From a virus (taxonomy: Duplodnaviria > Caudoviricetes), in the IMG/VR virus record IMGVR_UViG_3300028048_000001, positions 160,001 through 224,000 of that record: DNA of 64,000 nt; one strand, 5' to 3'. Below, one piece after another: positions 9,484-20,715 of this stretch. The notes beneath the pieces are model-generated. The model saw nothing but the letters and a program-made list of their open reading frames with translations. It was not told the origin of the DNA and searched no databases. Made by a program: the position numbers and the translations under genes. Positions within the stretch are counted from its first letter, which is position 1. Every line of letters begins with the position of its first letter.

Positions 9484-11424
9484 TTATTCTAAAGAAGTAG
9501 TAATAGTTCCAACTCCATCTTCAGAATCGGATTCTATTAATACTTTTTCTTCTACATCAATAAGTGCTCCCAATGTATAATCTTTCTTTCCTTCTATATC
9601 AATAATAAGAGGCATTAATCTATGATATGTTTCTATTGTTTCTTTAACCATATCATCTTTTACATAGTCGTAAGAAAGACCAAGTTTCTTTTTAATTTCA
9701 ATAGCTTGCTTCATATTATATAAATCATTAAGTTCTATCAATGTTTCTTTATAAAAATCTCTCCATCCATTTGGTTCTTGATAATCAGAAAAAGAACCAT
9801 CATATACTTTTGCCATAGGGCAAATAATACCAGATAATCCAGGATCTGATGCTGAAGAAGAGTCTAAATCTACACGTCCCAAATGAGATGGATGAACACT
9901 TCTGTAGATAATTGGAACAGCTGTTCCATTACCCTGATCACCTAATCCAGATATTCCTTTGTAAGTATACGATAATGCTAATTCTGCATCATTATCATTA
10001 ACAAGATCTACATAATCTACTAAATTAGCAGAATTTATAGATTTAAGTATATAATCTGGAGCTGTATCTATTACTCTTGTTACATCTTTAAATGTAATAT
10101 TTTTCCCTTTATCAGAAATTCTATAAATACCAGTAGAGATTTTCTTAGCATATATAGCAGGTAAATATTCATCTGCTTTTCTTGGATGCTTTGTAGATAT
10201 ATCTATATTGTCTCTTTGTTTTAAATAAGAAAATTCTCTCATCATCCATCTAAGAATACAATAAGTATTTTCTTTATCTTCTAATGGTAATCTTATAGAT
10301 TGTTTTGTCTTAAGATCATAAATACTTTCTAATGAATCAAGTACAGGAATTCCTTTATCTAATGTAGCAGATTGAAAATCTGCACCTAAAACTTTATTCC
10401 AATATCTCGGATCATAAATATCATTAAATTTATTTAATTTTTTAACACTCTTTAATACTGTATAACAGAAAGATTCTGTTACATTATCTTTATCAAAAAC
10501 TCTTTTTGCTACAGATAAAATTATTTTATTATGTTTATCTGTAAAATTATAAAAAATATCAGGATTTATTGGTTTACCGTTTTCATATGGTTGAATATAA
10601 ATCGCTTCTAATTCTAACATTTCAAGAGCACCATAAAATCCATATCTTCCTAAAATGAATTTTATAGTATCAGTCTTTTTGGTAAATACATAACTTGCAA
10701 ACAATACACATCTATGAGATTCTTTATCACACATATCTACAAGGTCATAATACTCTTTATATACTTTAATAGGCATAAACTGAGTCTTTAAAGTAATAGA
10801 TTGTGTTTTACTGTTAGATGTAGAATTATTATATGTACTACCATCAACTATCTGAAAAATTGGATTATAATAATTACCAAGAATTCTAAAGTAATATTTA
10901 TCAACATATCTTGGTAAAGCTATTAATACATTTACAATTCCTTCACTCTTCTCCAATTCTCCAGTTTTATTATCAACTCTAATCTTATTATCTGGTACAT
11001 TAAGTTTTACATAGTATATTATTTTTAATAACATAATATCTGAGTCTCTTAAATTAATATACTCATAATTATTATCGATTTTTTTACCATTCTTGGTTTT
11101 AGATGAATAATATTCATAAAGAGTTCTGTTGATCTCATTATAATCTTTAATAGTTTCAAAATTTAAAACTTTTAAAACAAAATATTTATCTCTTTGACAA
11201 GATAAAATTACTTGTTTCATTCCTTCTATTAAATCTTCATCATTTCTTTGAAACCAATAATCGTTAAATTGTTCTCTATTATCTTTATTAAATTTATACA
11301 TAAATTCATCAACAGATGGCTTATTATTTGGAGAAACCATCATTTTACCAATATTTCCAGAATATGGATTTCTATTTTCTGGAGTTGGTATTTGTTCATA
11401 ATTATAAGAAAAATTTTGATTCAT
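9484..11424 (-). CDS. Phage multisubunit RNA polymerase, beta N-terminal part (phiKZ gp123-like, probably non-virion RNAP)
   Basis: YRSVHPSHLGRVDLDSSSASDPGLSG matches the RpoB RDVHxTHYGR...GL region. Confidence 0.85.
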   Translation of the reverse strand: MNQNFSYNYEQIPTPENRNPYSGNIGKMMVSPNNKPSVDEFMYKFNKDNREQFNDYWFQRNDEDLIEGMKQVILSCQRDKYFVLKVLNFETIKDYNEINRTLYEYYSSKTKNGKKIDNNYEYINLRDSDIMLLKIIYYVKLNVPDNKIRVDNKTGELEKSEGIVNVLIALPRYVDKYYFRILGNYYNPIFQIVDGSTYNNSTSNSKTQSITLKTQFMPIKVYKEYYDLVDMCDKESHRCVLFASYVFTKKTDTIKFILGRYGFYGALEMLELEAIYIQPYENGKPINPDIFYNFTDKHNKIILSVAKRVFDKDNVTESFCYTVLKSVKKLNKFNDIYDPRYWNKVLGADFQSATLDKGIPVLDSLESIYDLKTKQSIRLPLEDKENTYCILRWMMREFSYLKQRDNIDISTKHPRKADEYLPAIYAKKISTGIYRISDKGKNITFKDVTRVIDTAPDYILKSINSANLVDYVDLVNDNDAELALSYTYKGISGLGDQGNGTAVPIIYRSVHPSHLGRVDLDSSSASDPGLSGIICPMAKVYDGSFSDYQEPNGWRDFYKETLIELNDLYNMKQAIEIKKKLGLSYDYVKDDMVKETIETYHRLMPLIIDIEGKKDYTLGALIDVEEKVLIESDSEDGVGTITTSLE

Positions 11425-12093
11425 TTAATCCTCCTCGGAATTATACTTGTCTGTTAACGTTGTCTCAATAGTAATTCCCATAGGATTTGCAATATTAGTA
11501 TTTTTATCATTTAAAATTAATTTAGCTTCAATATCGAGTTTATTACATATTGATATCAATTTATTCATAGTGATATCATCACCTTTTAATATTCTCTTAT
11601 CATTTAAATAATTTTCTCCAAATCTAGAAGAGTACCTATCTATGTCCATATGTTTAGCAATGATGGCTTGTTTTATAGCTTTCATATGCTCACTTTCTCT
11701 TCCAGAAATTGGTGGAACAAAAATTTCATCAGAATCTGATAACGATAAATTTTCCATTTCTCTAACTTGATCATTTTTATTTAAAAAATCATTTATATTA
11801 TCAACATTAGAAAAATCTATAATTTCTAAATTATCTTTATTATAAGATAACTCTTCTTCTGCTGTTTTTGGATATTTTACAAAATAAATATGACCATCTG
11901 GGTAAATTCCAGGTCTATCATCAGATTTACCTCTAAAAGGTAATATATATGATTTATCTTGATTATTAACTTCAAGAGCAGTCATATAATAAATAGATGG
12001 ATTATTAGAATACATATCATATTTACTTTTATATTCTTTTTCATCGATAACATCCATCACTTTACCATCTATAGAAGTATTGCGATATTGCAT
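11425..12093 (-). CDS. Jumbo-phage protein directly upstream of the RNAP beta gene; possible C-terminal HTH
   Basis: 222-aa ORF; DITMNKLISICNKLDI resembles the end of an XRE-type HTH. Confidence 0.6.
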   Translation of the reverse strand: MQYRNTSIDGKVMDVIDEKEYKSKYDMYSNNPSIYYMTALEVNNQDKSYILPFRGKSDDRPGIYPDGHIYFVKYPKTAEEELSYNKDNLEIIDFSNVDNINDFLNKNDQVREMENLSLSDSDEIFVPPISGRESEHMKAIKQAIIAKHMDIDRYSSRFGENYLNDKRILKGDDITMNKLISICNKLDIEAKLILNDKNTNIANPMGITIETTLTDKYNSEED

Positions 12094-12177
12094 ATCAATC
12101 TCCTTTTAAACAAATTTCTATAAAATATAGAGAGGAATATTTCTATTCCCCTCTATATTTTAACACAACTTAAGATA

Positions 12178-12786
12178 TTATTCCTGAATTGCAGAATCGT
12201 CCTTAATAAGAACCTTCATAGCTCCATCAGGAATAATACTCATTTCAATTTTACCATTCTCTACTTTACCAATGGCTTTAAAGCAATTTTCAAGAACCAA
12301 TACAGCAGGATCGGTCTGAGAAGTATTATCTTTTACCCATCCGATAATCATTTCAAGAATAGTTATCATAGAAGTAATGCAAATATCAAGTCCTAAGAAT
12401 TTAAGATTATAAAGTTCCTGACCAGCAGAAGTAAAATAAACAAGTACTGTAGAATTAGTACTAAGATCAATAGTGTCTACACCCTTCATATCTTCTTCAT
12501 AACAAGTCCAAGTATAATCCCATCTACCAGCAGAAAGATTTCCAGGATCAGATTCATTTGCAAAATATTCTACTTTAGCTCCAGCAAGAAATTCATTAGA
12601 TAATGATCTAATAATGATTCCCTTAGGAATATTATGATTTTTAACTGAAGCGAGATATTTAGATATACCAGTAAATAAAATATTGGCTATTCTATATGCA
12701 TGCTGTGGACCAAGAAGAATAGACTGTTTTGCCAGTGCTCTGCTAAAATCTTCAGAAATATTTGTTTCTTTAAACTTCATTTCCAT
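12178..12786 (-). CDS. Hypothetical protein
   Basis: 202-aa ORF, strong RBS. Confidence 0.7.
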   Translation of the reverse strand: MEMKFKETNISEDFSRALAKQSILLGPQHAYRIANILFTGISKYLASVKNHNIPKGIIIRSLSNEFLAGAKVEYFANESDPGNLSAGRWDYTWTCYEEDMKGVDTIDLSTNSTVLVYFTSAGQELYNLKFLGLDICITSMITILEMIIGWVKDNTSQTDPAVLVLENCFKAIGKVENGKIEMSIIPDGAMKVLIKDDSAIQE

Positions 12787-12892
12787 GTTACATTTCTCCT
12801 TTCGATATTACATATATTAAAATAAAAGATAACCCTTTATTGGGTATCAAGATTATAATACTTTATTGTTTTTAATTTTATAAAGTTTTATT

Positions 12893-13600
12893 TTAATCTT
12901 TTTTATCTGCCTGTTTATTTTTTATGAAATCTTTAAATTTTTGTGTTTCTTCAAAAGTTTTTTCTATTATTCCTATATTATTTTCTATTTTACCTGGATA
13001 TGATATTAAATTAGAATTAATAATAAAAGAATCTTGACCAATATCATCAGGAATTCCAGCATATCTAATATTAAAATATCTATTATCAATATTCATTATT
13101 CCAGATATGCTAAAAATATTTCCTTCATTGGTATTATAAATATTTAATAAAGTATTTCTAAGCTCATTAATAAAAATATTATATTCTTTTGCTATTATAC
13201 TAGTATAATAGCAAATGCTTTCTAATGATTCATTTTTAAATCTAATAAAAGATAGATCATCAATTACTTTTATATTGGTATTAATATTCATAATATCTTC
13301 ATCAGATAATTCTTGAGGATATTCTTTATTGCCAATAATAATATAAAGACTTTTAAGTCCATTAATACTATCTGTAACAGGAGACATTGTAATAATATTA
13401 TTACAAGATCTAATATAAACATCTAAAAGTTGTAAAGTCTCATATTTATTAATATTAATTTTTTGTGACCTTAAACACTCAGTCAATTGATCTATTTGAT
13501 AATCTATATTAAATATTGATCTTATAATAGGATATTTATCAAAAAATCTATTAGATTTGTATGCTTTATTTTCATAAGGATCAAAATATGAAAATCCCAT
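12893..13600 (-). CDS. Hypothetical protein
   Basis: 235-aa ORF with RBS. Confidence 0.65.
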   Translation of the reverse strand: MGFSYFDPYENKAYKSNRFFDKYPIIRSIFNIDYQIDQLTECLRSQKININKYETLQLLDVYIRSCNNIITMSPVTDSINGLKSLYIIIGNKEYPQELSDEDIMNINTNIKVIDDLSFIRFKNESLESICYYTSIIAKEYNIFINELRNTLLNIYNTNEGNIFSISGIMNIDNRYFNIRYAGIPDDIGQDSFIINSNLISYPGKIENNIGIIEKTFEETQKFKDFIKNKQADKKD

Positions 13601-13612
13601 GTTTAATCTCCT

Positions 13613-16000
13613 TTACTTGTATCTTTCTATATTATTCATAATATCTTCCATAGGAACTATTGGAATATTATATGAATTAGCCATTTGTGTCTTATAGCTT
13701 GTAAAACCAGGTGTCGGAACTACTACATAGCTTACATCTTTTGTAATTGTTCTATTAAAATCTACAATAAATCCATTATCTGTTAATAATTTTACCAATG
13801 CTTTATCTCTAGTTCCAGATAATTTTACTATTTTACCTTTAACAGGTACATATTCTACAACATTTCCATGTTGAATCATATAATCAATATCTTCATAAAA
13901 ATACTTAAATTCTCTAGCAATAGTATCTGCTATAGCAGGTCCTATGCCTTTAATAGATGACATGAATTCTATACCTTTTTTATAATAAAATTTACCAGGA
14001 TCTATCATTGTAAATAATTCTCTTAATTTAGAATATTTTATTTTTGATAATATGGTTTCCCATGTTTTTGTAGATATACCTGTAAAACCAATAGCTCCTA
14101 AAAGTTTAGCATCAGTAATAGGATCTTTTAAAAGCCCAATCAATTGATTAGTAATATTTACAGCTTCAACAGGACCAAATCCTTTATTAATAAACTTAAT
14201 AGATCTATCTTCTTGATTAATCATAATCATCTCTTCTAGTAAATCTTTAAGATGATAATATCCAAGTTGCTGTATTGTAGCTTCTCCAAATCCTTCTAAT
14301 CCTAATTTAGCAAACATATTAACCATTCTAGCTAATTGTCTACCACCACAATCAGGATTTATACATTTAGCGGATTTTCCAGAATCTGATATTTCTATAG
14401 GAGATCCACAAATAGGACAATTTGTTGGAAAAACTTCAGCAGAAACTCTCTTTTCATTATCTAAATTAAAATCATTGAAAGGTTTATATACGTAAGGCAT
14501 TACATCATTTACATATTCTATAGCTAAAATATCTCCCAGATGTAAATTTAACTCTTTAAATCTAGCAAAAGAATGTCCAGAAGATTTAGCATGAATAGTT
14601 CCATAAAATTCAACTGGATCATAATGAATCATAGGAGTTATAGAACCATCTTGCCCTACAGTGTATGTGTATCCTCTAAATATTGTTTCTTTTCTAAGAG
14701 GATTAAATTTTACAGCAATAGAATATTTATTAATAAAATTTTCTCTTCCTAAAGATTTTCTTATATTCTCATCTCTATAAGATGCTACAATTCCATCATA
14801 CATAAAAGGAACCCAAGGTCTAGAAGATTCTGCATTTTCTGTAAACATATTAATCCATATTAAATTTTCTAGATAGTTTCCTCTTACAACAACAGATCTT
14901 AAAGGACATCCTTTAGATATAAATTCTTTATTTAAAAATTCTATTTCTTGTACTCTATCAGAATTACATACAGTTTTATATATTTTTTCTTCTACAGCTA
15001 ATGGAACTAATGTGATAAAATCTCTATATTTCCAAGCATCAGAAGAAGAAAATAATCCTACAATAGCAGATCTACAATTCTTATAATCATAATTTTTAGC
15101 CTTATTAAAGAACGGTAAATCATATTGAGTAATAATAGCTTCGAATTTAACTCCAACCATAGGACTATTTGGTGTTCTATGTGGAAATCTATACCCTTTT
15201 AATATCGGTGTCAAATCTGAAGCTTTTCCTATTCCTGTATCTCCTCTAGATCTTGCAGAAACTATAACATCTGTACAATCTGCTTCTATAGAAATTCCAT
15301 CATATTTTAACTCTAATACCATATCAAAAATTGTATTGGTATTTATAATTCCTCTTTTAATATGATCTTGAATAAAATCTCTTTCTACGATTTTTACATT
15401 AGAATCCTCATAAACTCCTCTTGTAATAGCATCTCTTTCTAATACAAATTTACATTTGTCAAGAGTACCAACCAATTCTGGATGATTATGAGATGTATCA
15501 TGTAATCTTTTAGTTATATATTCACTTTCTGCATGATTATTATTATTAATAAAATCTCTATAGTCTAAATATTTTCTTTCATCTACAATAATATTATTAA
15601 CAAAATAATTATCTTTTTTATCTGGAATTGGATTAAAAGATATAGCCTCTCTCATAGGCTTTATTACTTCACCATTGTTATTAGTAATAATAGGTTCAGA
15701 AGATGTAAAATTAATAACTTCTGCTCCTACTTGAAACTTTGGATCATATTTTTTATATTTTTCTAATAATAAATCATAAATACCATCTTCAATTGGTAAT
15801 AATTCTTTATCAGTATCATTATAAGTAATATTACATATTAAAATTATATTTTTAAAATCTTCCAATTCATCTTTAGATAATCCTGTTTTATTGTAAAGCA
15901 TCATTGCATAATTATTTAAATATTGTTTATTATCATAAACTAATTTAGTACTACCAGATCTTAAATCGTTTAATATATTATTTATAATAATATCCTTCAT
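13613..16000 (-). CDS. ligA: NAD-dependent DNA ligase
   Basis: ELKYDG adenylation motif, SRGD, YDGIV, AVKF, zinc finger CPIC...CINPDC, HhH GIG repeats, C-terminal BRCT-like domain. Confidence 0.92.
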   Translation of the reverse strand: MKDIIINNILNDLRSGSTKLVYDNKQYLNNYAMMLYNKTGLSKDELEDFKNIILICNITYNDTDKELLPIEDGIYDLLLEKYKKYDPKFQVGAEVINFTSSEPIITNNNGEVIKPMREAISFNPIPDKKDNYFVNNIIVDERKYLDYRDFINNNNHAESEYITKRLHDTSHNHPELVGTLDKCKFVLERDAITRGVYEDSNVKIVERDFIQDHIKRGIINTNTIFDMVLELKYDGISIEADCTDVIVSARSRGDTGIGKASDLTPILKGYRFPHRTPNSPMVGVKFEAIITQYDLPFFNKAKNYDYKNCRSAIVGLFSSSDAWKYRDFITLVPLAVEEKIYKTVCNSDRVQEIEFLNKEFISKGCPLRSVVVRGNYLENLIWINMFTENAESSRPWVPFMYDGIVASYRDENIRKSLGRENFINKYSIAVKFNPLRKETIFRGYTYTVGQDGSITPMIHYDPVEFYGTIHAKSSGHSFARFKELNLHLGDILAIEYVNDVMPYVYKPFNDFNLDNEKRVSAEVFPTNCPICGSPIEISDSGKSAKCINPDCGGRQLARMVNMFAKLGLEGFGEATIQQLGYYHLKDLLEEMIMINQEDRSIKFINKGFGPVEAVNITNQLIGLLKDPITDAKLLGAIGFTGISTKTWETILSKIKYSKLRELFTMIDPGKFYYKKGIEFMSSIKGIGPAIADTIAREFKYFYEDIDYMIQHGNVVEYVPVKGKIVKLSGTRDKALVKLLTDNGFIVDFNRTITKDVSYVVVPTPGFTSYKTQMANSYNIPIVPMEDIMNNIERYK

Positions 16001-16027
16001 ATAAACCTCCTTTCTTTAATTTATATA

Positions 16028-16687
16028 TTATTCATTTTCATAATAGGAATTTCTCTTTTCTAGTCTTTTATCTTTATTTTTTCTAGAACTAAGAATAAAC
16101 TTTCTATAACTCTCATATCCTTTAAATGTTCTATATTTGCAATTCTGAACATCAAAGCAATTATTTCCTCTAGCTAACTCATAAGAATTTGTAGAAGCTA
16201 TAACATAAAATTCTATTCCTAATTCTTTTGCATCTGGAATGATTAAATTTTTAATAATATCAACTACTTCAGAACAATAATCAATACTAAGTCCAGAATC
16301 TATAGCATCAAGAAATACAAATAATTTTTCTTTATTATCTTTTTTATATTCATGAATAGCTTTTCCTATTTTTCCAACAATATCACCAATATTGTAGTAA
16401 ATATTTTCTCCTTCGGATGAAGAAAATCTTAAAGCAACTTCATCAAATTTATTATAAAATGCAAGTTCTGATATTTTATTGCCACCGCCTTGCGTAAGAT
16501 TATTAAATTCTAATATTTTAATAGATTCATTTTTTCTTAATTGGTCTTTCATTTGATTAATCATGGTAGTTTTTCCGCTACCATTACAACCCACTAAAAT
16601 AGTTAAACCTTCTTCAATTTCTATACAATCTTTTTTGTATAAATTTCCATCACCATAATAATCTTTAAAAATTTTAAATGTGTACAT
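16028..16687 (-). CDS. ABC/AAA-type ATPase
   Basis: GCNGSGKTT, SSEGE, VFLDAIDSGLS. Confidence 0.8.
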   Translation of the reverse strand: MYTFKIFKDYYGDGNLYKKDCIEIEEGLTILVGCNGSGKTTMINQMKDQLRKNESIKILEFNNLTQGGGNKISELAFYNKFDEVALRFSSSEGENIYYNIGDIVGKIGKAIHEYKKDNKEKLFVFLDAIDSGLSIDYCSEVVDIIKNLIIPDAKELGIEFYVIASTNSYELARGNNCFDVQNCKYRTFKGYESYRKFILSSRKNKDKRLEKRNSYYENE

Positions 16688-16741
16688 TATTCTCTCCAGT
16701 ATTATAATATAGAATTTTATAAAACAGTAACGATATCAATA

Positions 16742-17254
16742 TTATAATATCTTAACATTATCTATTTTAATATCTTCATTTAGAGATAGATTATATAGAT
16801 TATTAAATTCATTTAAAGTTGTTTTTATTTGTGGGGGAGATAAATATTCAAGAGTACTCAATCTGACGGGTTTAAATGATATTATAGAAGTATTTGGATT
16901 TGATTCATCTATGTCGGTAAGAACTATTCCAGAAAAAATAATATATTTAACAGATGAATTTTTATTGATTGATTTTAAAAAAGTTTCATCATTATTTATA
17001 TCACTTACTACAAGATCTATAGAATCAGAATTTCTAATATAAATTCTATCAGCATTATAAATATCTATATTGCTATATTTTTTAAGAAATTTATTTTTAA
17101 ATTCTTCATAAGATTTAAAAAAAGGTATTATATCTTCAGATTTCAAAGTTATTATGTAATCATTTTTAATATCTATATTTATATTTTTTACTTTATCTAA
17201 AGATGATATAGATATTAATTTATGTAATTTTCCAAGTTTATAACCAATATCCAT
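16742..17254 (-). CDS. Hypothetical protein
   Basis: 170-aa ORF with RBS. Confidence 0.6.
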   Translation of the reverse strand: MDIGYKLGKLHKLISISSLDKVKNINIDIKNDYIITLKSEDIIPFFKSYEEFKNKFLKKYSNIDIYNADRIYIRNSDSIDLVVSDINNDETFLKSINKNSSVKYIIFSGIVLTDIDESNPNTSIISFKPVRLSTLEYLSPPQIKTTLNEFNNLYNLSLNEDIKIDNVKIL

Positions 17255-17318
17255 AATATTAATTCCTTTTTAAAAAATATAAAGAGGAATATTTCTATTC
17301 CTCTTTATATTATATATT

Positions 17319-19598
17319 TTATTCTTGTTCTGGAGCATGACTCATATCTTCAGTAAAAGCGATACCATTAATCATAATAGCATTTTTCTTTTTAATTTCT
17401 TCTATTTCATATAGAGTTTTATACCAATGATTAAAATCATATCCTTCCTCCATAAATTCAATTGCATCAATTGGATCTTCTGGAGATCTTTCATAAAATT
17501 CTAATGCTGGAATTAATGCTGCATATTTTTTATGCTTTTTGATCTTCTTAAAAACCAATCTGTATCCCATGGTTTTTAATCTAGTATTAAGAATTTCAGC
17601 AGATCTATTTTTTGCTTTATAATCTAATTTGATATCTACATTATATGGATCACCAACTGCTGCTTCTTCAACTAATCTTCTACCATGTGGGGATAAAGAA
17701 TGAAGAAGTAAATTAATTACAACATATTCTGTTCCCATATGATCAAAATCACCAGATTCCATTTGACCAAATTTTATAGGTGTATTAGAATTAGGCTCTC
17801 TATAATTCTTACTTGCTTTACTTTTAGTATTTTCATTTTTAATATTAGTAGAACTTAAACTAGCAGCAGAAAATTTTTCTTCAGCAAACTGTTTAAGCCT
17901 TAAACAATATATCGGAGCAGCTATCATTGGTCTTCTTGATTTTATAAATCTATAATTTCCTCGTGAATCTACAATAGGAACCATCAAATATGATTGGCTA
18001 ATCCATGGAAATTCTTTATACAACATTCCTAATTTATCTATATCCATAGTTTCAGATATAGGATTATTAGAAATTGGAATACATGTTTTCTGTAATATAC
18101 TTTCTAAAAAGTATATCATAGACTGTCTATCATATGAGTTTACATAAACCTTCATTTCTTCATACTGTTTAGGAGATTGCAATTTGATAAATTTCATAAT
18201 ATCATCCATTGCAGCATCTATATCATCTCCATAATATCCAGATCTTATTCTGTCAAGAATACACATAGAAATATAATTAATTTCTAATTCAAATATTTGT
18301 CCAGCATTTTCTCTGTTATACATTGTAGAAGAATTTTTAATCATTTCTACAGGTGTTCCATTAGCCATTTTAGGCATTAATTCACTTGGAATAATTTTAG
18401 ATATTACACCTTTTCCACCATATCTGTCTGCTACTTTATCTCCTATTCCTAATGGTCTATTCTCCATAACAGTAAATTCAATTCTGATATTAGAGAACAA
18501 CTTTTTCTCCATAAATTTCTTACCATTAACTTCAGAGACTGCTCTAGAATATAATTTATCTAATCTATATGTAAGTTTATATCCCTGTGCTTTATAAGGT
18601 CCAACAGCATCCATAATCTCTGTACACATTCTAATCCTATCCTTATAATAGGCATAAAACTGCTGATTATATGTAGACTTAGAAATATATTCAGGATTAT
18701 TACAATAAAGCTGAATATCAATTACTTTTCCTTTAATAGTAATTTTATCATCAGACATCATCATCTGTTGTAACCTAGATACAGATTGTGTATAGATTGC
18801 TTCTTCTCTTTTTTCCCTACGATAAGCAAGAAGAATTCCATCTTTAACATCTTCTCCAATATCTGGAAATACTTTATAAATAGAATCGTTTCCATAAATA
18901 TTAAGAGGAATATCATTTTCATTTAAGATAATTTCTACTGTACGAATAAGAGGTGCAGAGAGCTTTTGAGAACAAGTATCAGAGATAATTACAGAATCTT
19001 CCATATTATGATCAAGAGCCATATAAGCAGTATTTACATTATATCCATCTGCTTTATTCCCATAAGCATCAAAACCAGTAGAACGTCTAAGAATTGTATT
19101 AGGCGGTATAATAGAGCCAGGAACAGAATAAGCATCTAATGTAGAATTATTATAAAGAAATCCATAACATTCGGTTTGATATTTATATGATACTCTTTCA
19201 ATAACATCAAGACAATTAGATTCTGTATCTTTTACTATTAAATAATAATGATGATTTGGTGCATAAGAAAATTTAGAAATCTTAGCAAGTACTTCTATAG
19301 GAGAAAAAGATGATGCTCGATGTGAATTATCATTTTTTTCATGAGCAAATAATTCAGAAGAATTAATAATAGAAGAAGATCTCTCTCCAAAACGATTCTC
19401 AAAACCTGTACCAAGATATGGAGGCTGAGCTTGTGAAAGTGTAAGATGATGGCTTTCATGTACAGCATGCATCAGCTTCCTCGCACCGCTATTTGTAGCA
19501 CTATTTGGTTGTAATAACCCTTTTGCTAATATTTGTTCTTTTGTTTCTAAATTAGAATAACTTTCTTGTACTTGTTCAATAAAATTATTTGATTTCAT
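17319..19598 (-). CDS. Phage multisubunit RNA polymerase, beta C-terminal part (phiKZ gp71-73-like)
   Basis: NSGARKLM, NMEDSVIIS, GDKVADRYGGKGVIS, NRENAGQIFE, KFGQME RpoB motifs. Confidence 0.92.
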   Translation of the reverse strand: MKSNNFIEQVQESYSNLETKEQILAKGLLQPNSATNSGARKLMHAVHESHHLTLSQAQPPYLGTGFENRFGERSSSIINSSELFAHEKNDNSHRASSFSPIEVLAKISKFSYAPNHHYYLIVKDTESNCLDVIERVSYKYQTECYGFLYNNSTLDAYSVPGSIIPPNTILRRSTGFDAYGNKADGYNVNTAYMALDHNMEDSVIISDTCSQKLSAPLIRTVEIILNENDIPLNIYGNDSIYKVFPDIGEDVKDGILLAYRREKREEAIYTQSVSRLQQMMMSDDKITIKGKVIDIQLYCNNPEYISKSTYNQQFYAYYKDRIRMCTEIMDAVGPYKAQGYKLTYRLDKLYSRAVSEVNGKKFMEKKLFSNIRIEFTVMENRPLGIGDKVADRYGGKGVISKIIPSELMPKMANGTPVEMIKNSSTMYNRENAGQIFELEINYISMCILDRIRSGYYGDDIDAAMDDIMKFIKLQSPKQYEEMKVYVNSYDRQSMIYFLESILQKTCIPISNNPISETMDIDKLGMLYKEFPWISQSYLMVPIVDSRGNYRFIKSRRPMIAAPIYCLRLKQFAEEKFSAASLSSTNIKNENTKSKASKNYREPNSNTPIKFGQMESGDFDHMGTEYVVINLLLHSLSPHGRRLVEEAAVGDPYNVDIKLDYKAKNRSAEILNTRLKTMGYRLVFKKIKKHKKYAALIPALEFYERSPEDPIDAIEFMEEGYDFNHWYKTLYEIEEIKKKNAIMINGIAFTEDMSHAPEQE

Positions 19599-19684
19599 TT
19601 TTATTATTTCTCCTTATTAATTATAAAATTGTAATGTATATAATAAAAAATGAATATCATACATATCATATTTATAATATATAT

Positions 19685-20416
19685 TTAATCTTTAATTTGA
19701 TCCTGAGAGATTGGTCTTCCAAATTCATCTAAAAAATAAATAGCATTAATAGGATTTCTATTATCTTTTCTTCCTCTCATTGCTTCTTCAAAATCCCATC
19801 CTCTTTGAATCCTTACTCTTGCAGTATTAGTATTAACTCCAAAAGCTCTAGTCCAATCTGTAAGGGTCATATCATGATTATTATAATTAATTATTACATT
19901 TGATCTTGTATTATTTGTTTGAACAATTCTTGGAGCCCATCTACAATTTTCTGGAGTATAATTTCTATTAGGATCTATTCTATCTAAAGTCCATCCATTT
20001 ACATATGTTGGAGCCATATCTGAATAAAAATTCATAAATCCATCTTCTTCATCTAACCATCTTTGACAAACTATAATTCCTCTTCCACCATAATTCTTAT
20101 AATCTTTATTTTTAGGATTATAACACCTAGATTTCATAGCAATATAATGCATATACTCTTTTGTTTTAGATAATCCATGTGTAGTTCCAGCCGGATAATC
20201 TTTTTTATAGCAACCACAGCTAATTGTAGGTCTATTAGTTTTTGTAAGTGCATGACCTGCTACAATGGTTTCATTTCCACATTCACATTTGCATTTAAAC
20301 ATTTTAACAGTATGCCCATTAGGTTCTCTATGAATAGGAGCTTCTTCTATTACAGTAAGTCTTCCATATTTATCTCCTATTTCTACATGTTTATATCCAT
20401 TTTTATCAATAATCAT
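19685..20416 (-). CDS. Free-standing HNH-family homing endonuclease
   Basis: YGRLTV..CKCECG, SCGC, YGGRGIIVCQRW, TLDRIDPNRNYTPENCRWA. Confidence 0.88.
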   Translation of the reverse strand: MIIDKNGYKHVEIGDKYGRLTVIEEAPIHREPNGHTVKMFKCKCECGNETIVAGHALTKTNRPTISCGCYKKDYPAGTTHGLSKTKEYMHYIAMKSRCYNPKNKDYKNYGGRGIIVCQRWLDEEDGFMNFYSDMAPTYVNGWTLDRIDPNRNYTPENCRWAPRIVQTNNTRSNVIINYNNHDMTLTDWTRAFGVNTNTARVRIQRGWDFEEAMRGRKDNRNPINAIYFLDEFGRPISQDQIKD

Positions 20417-20715
20417 AATATTATCTCCTATAAATATATTTTATTTTTATATTATATTGTTGTAAAGTTAATAAAGTTTTAATAATCCTGAATTAATAAA
20501 TAATGTATTTTCATTATTAATTAAAAAAGAAAATAGAAATTAATTTCTCTTCTCACTATTATCAATTTATATTTAATATCTATTTGAAAGGAAGAAATCC
20601 TAAAATTATTCCAGAGGAGATTACTCTCCTCTGGTTTCTTTATCTTTATTTGCTATTAATTTTTAACGCTAATAATATAAATATATCTCTAGAGAAAAAT
20701 CTCTAGAGATATATT

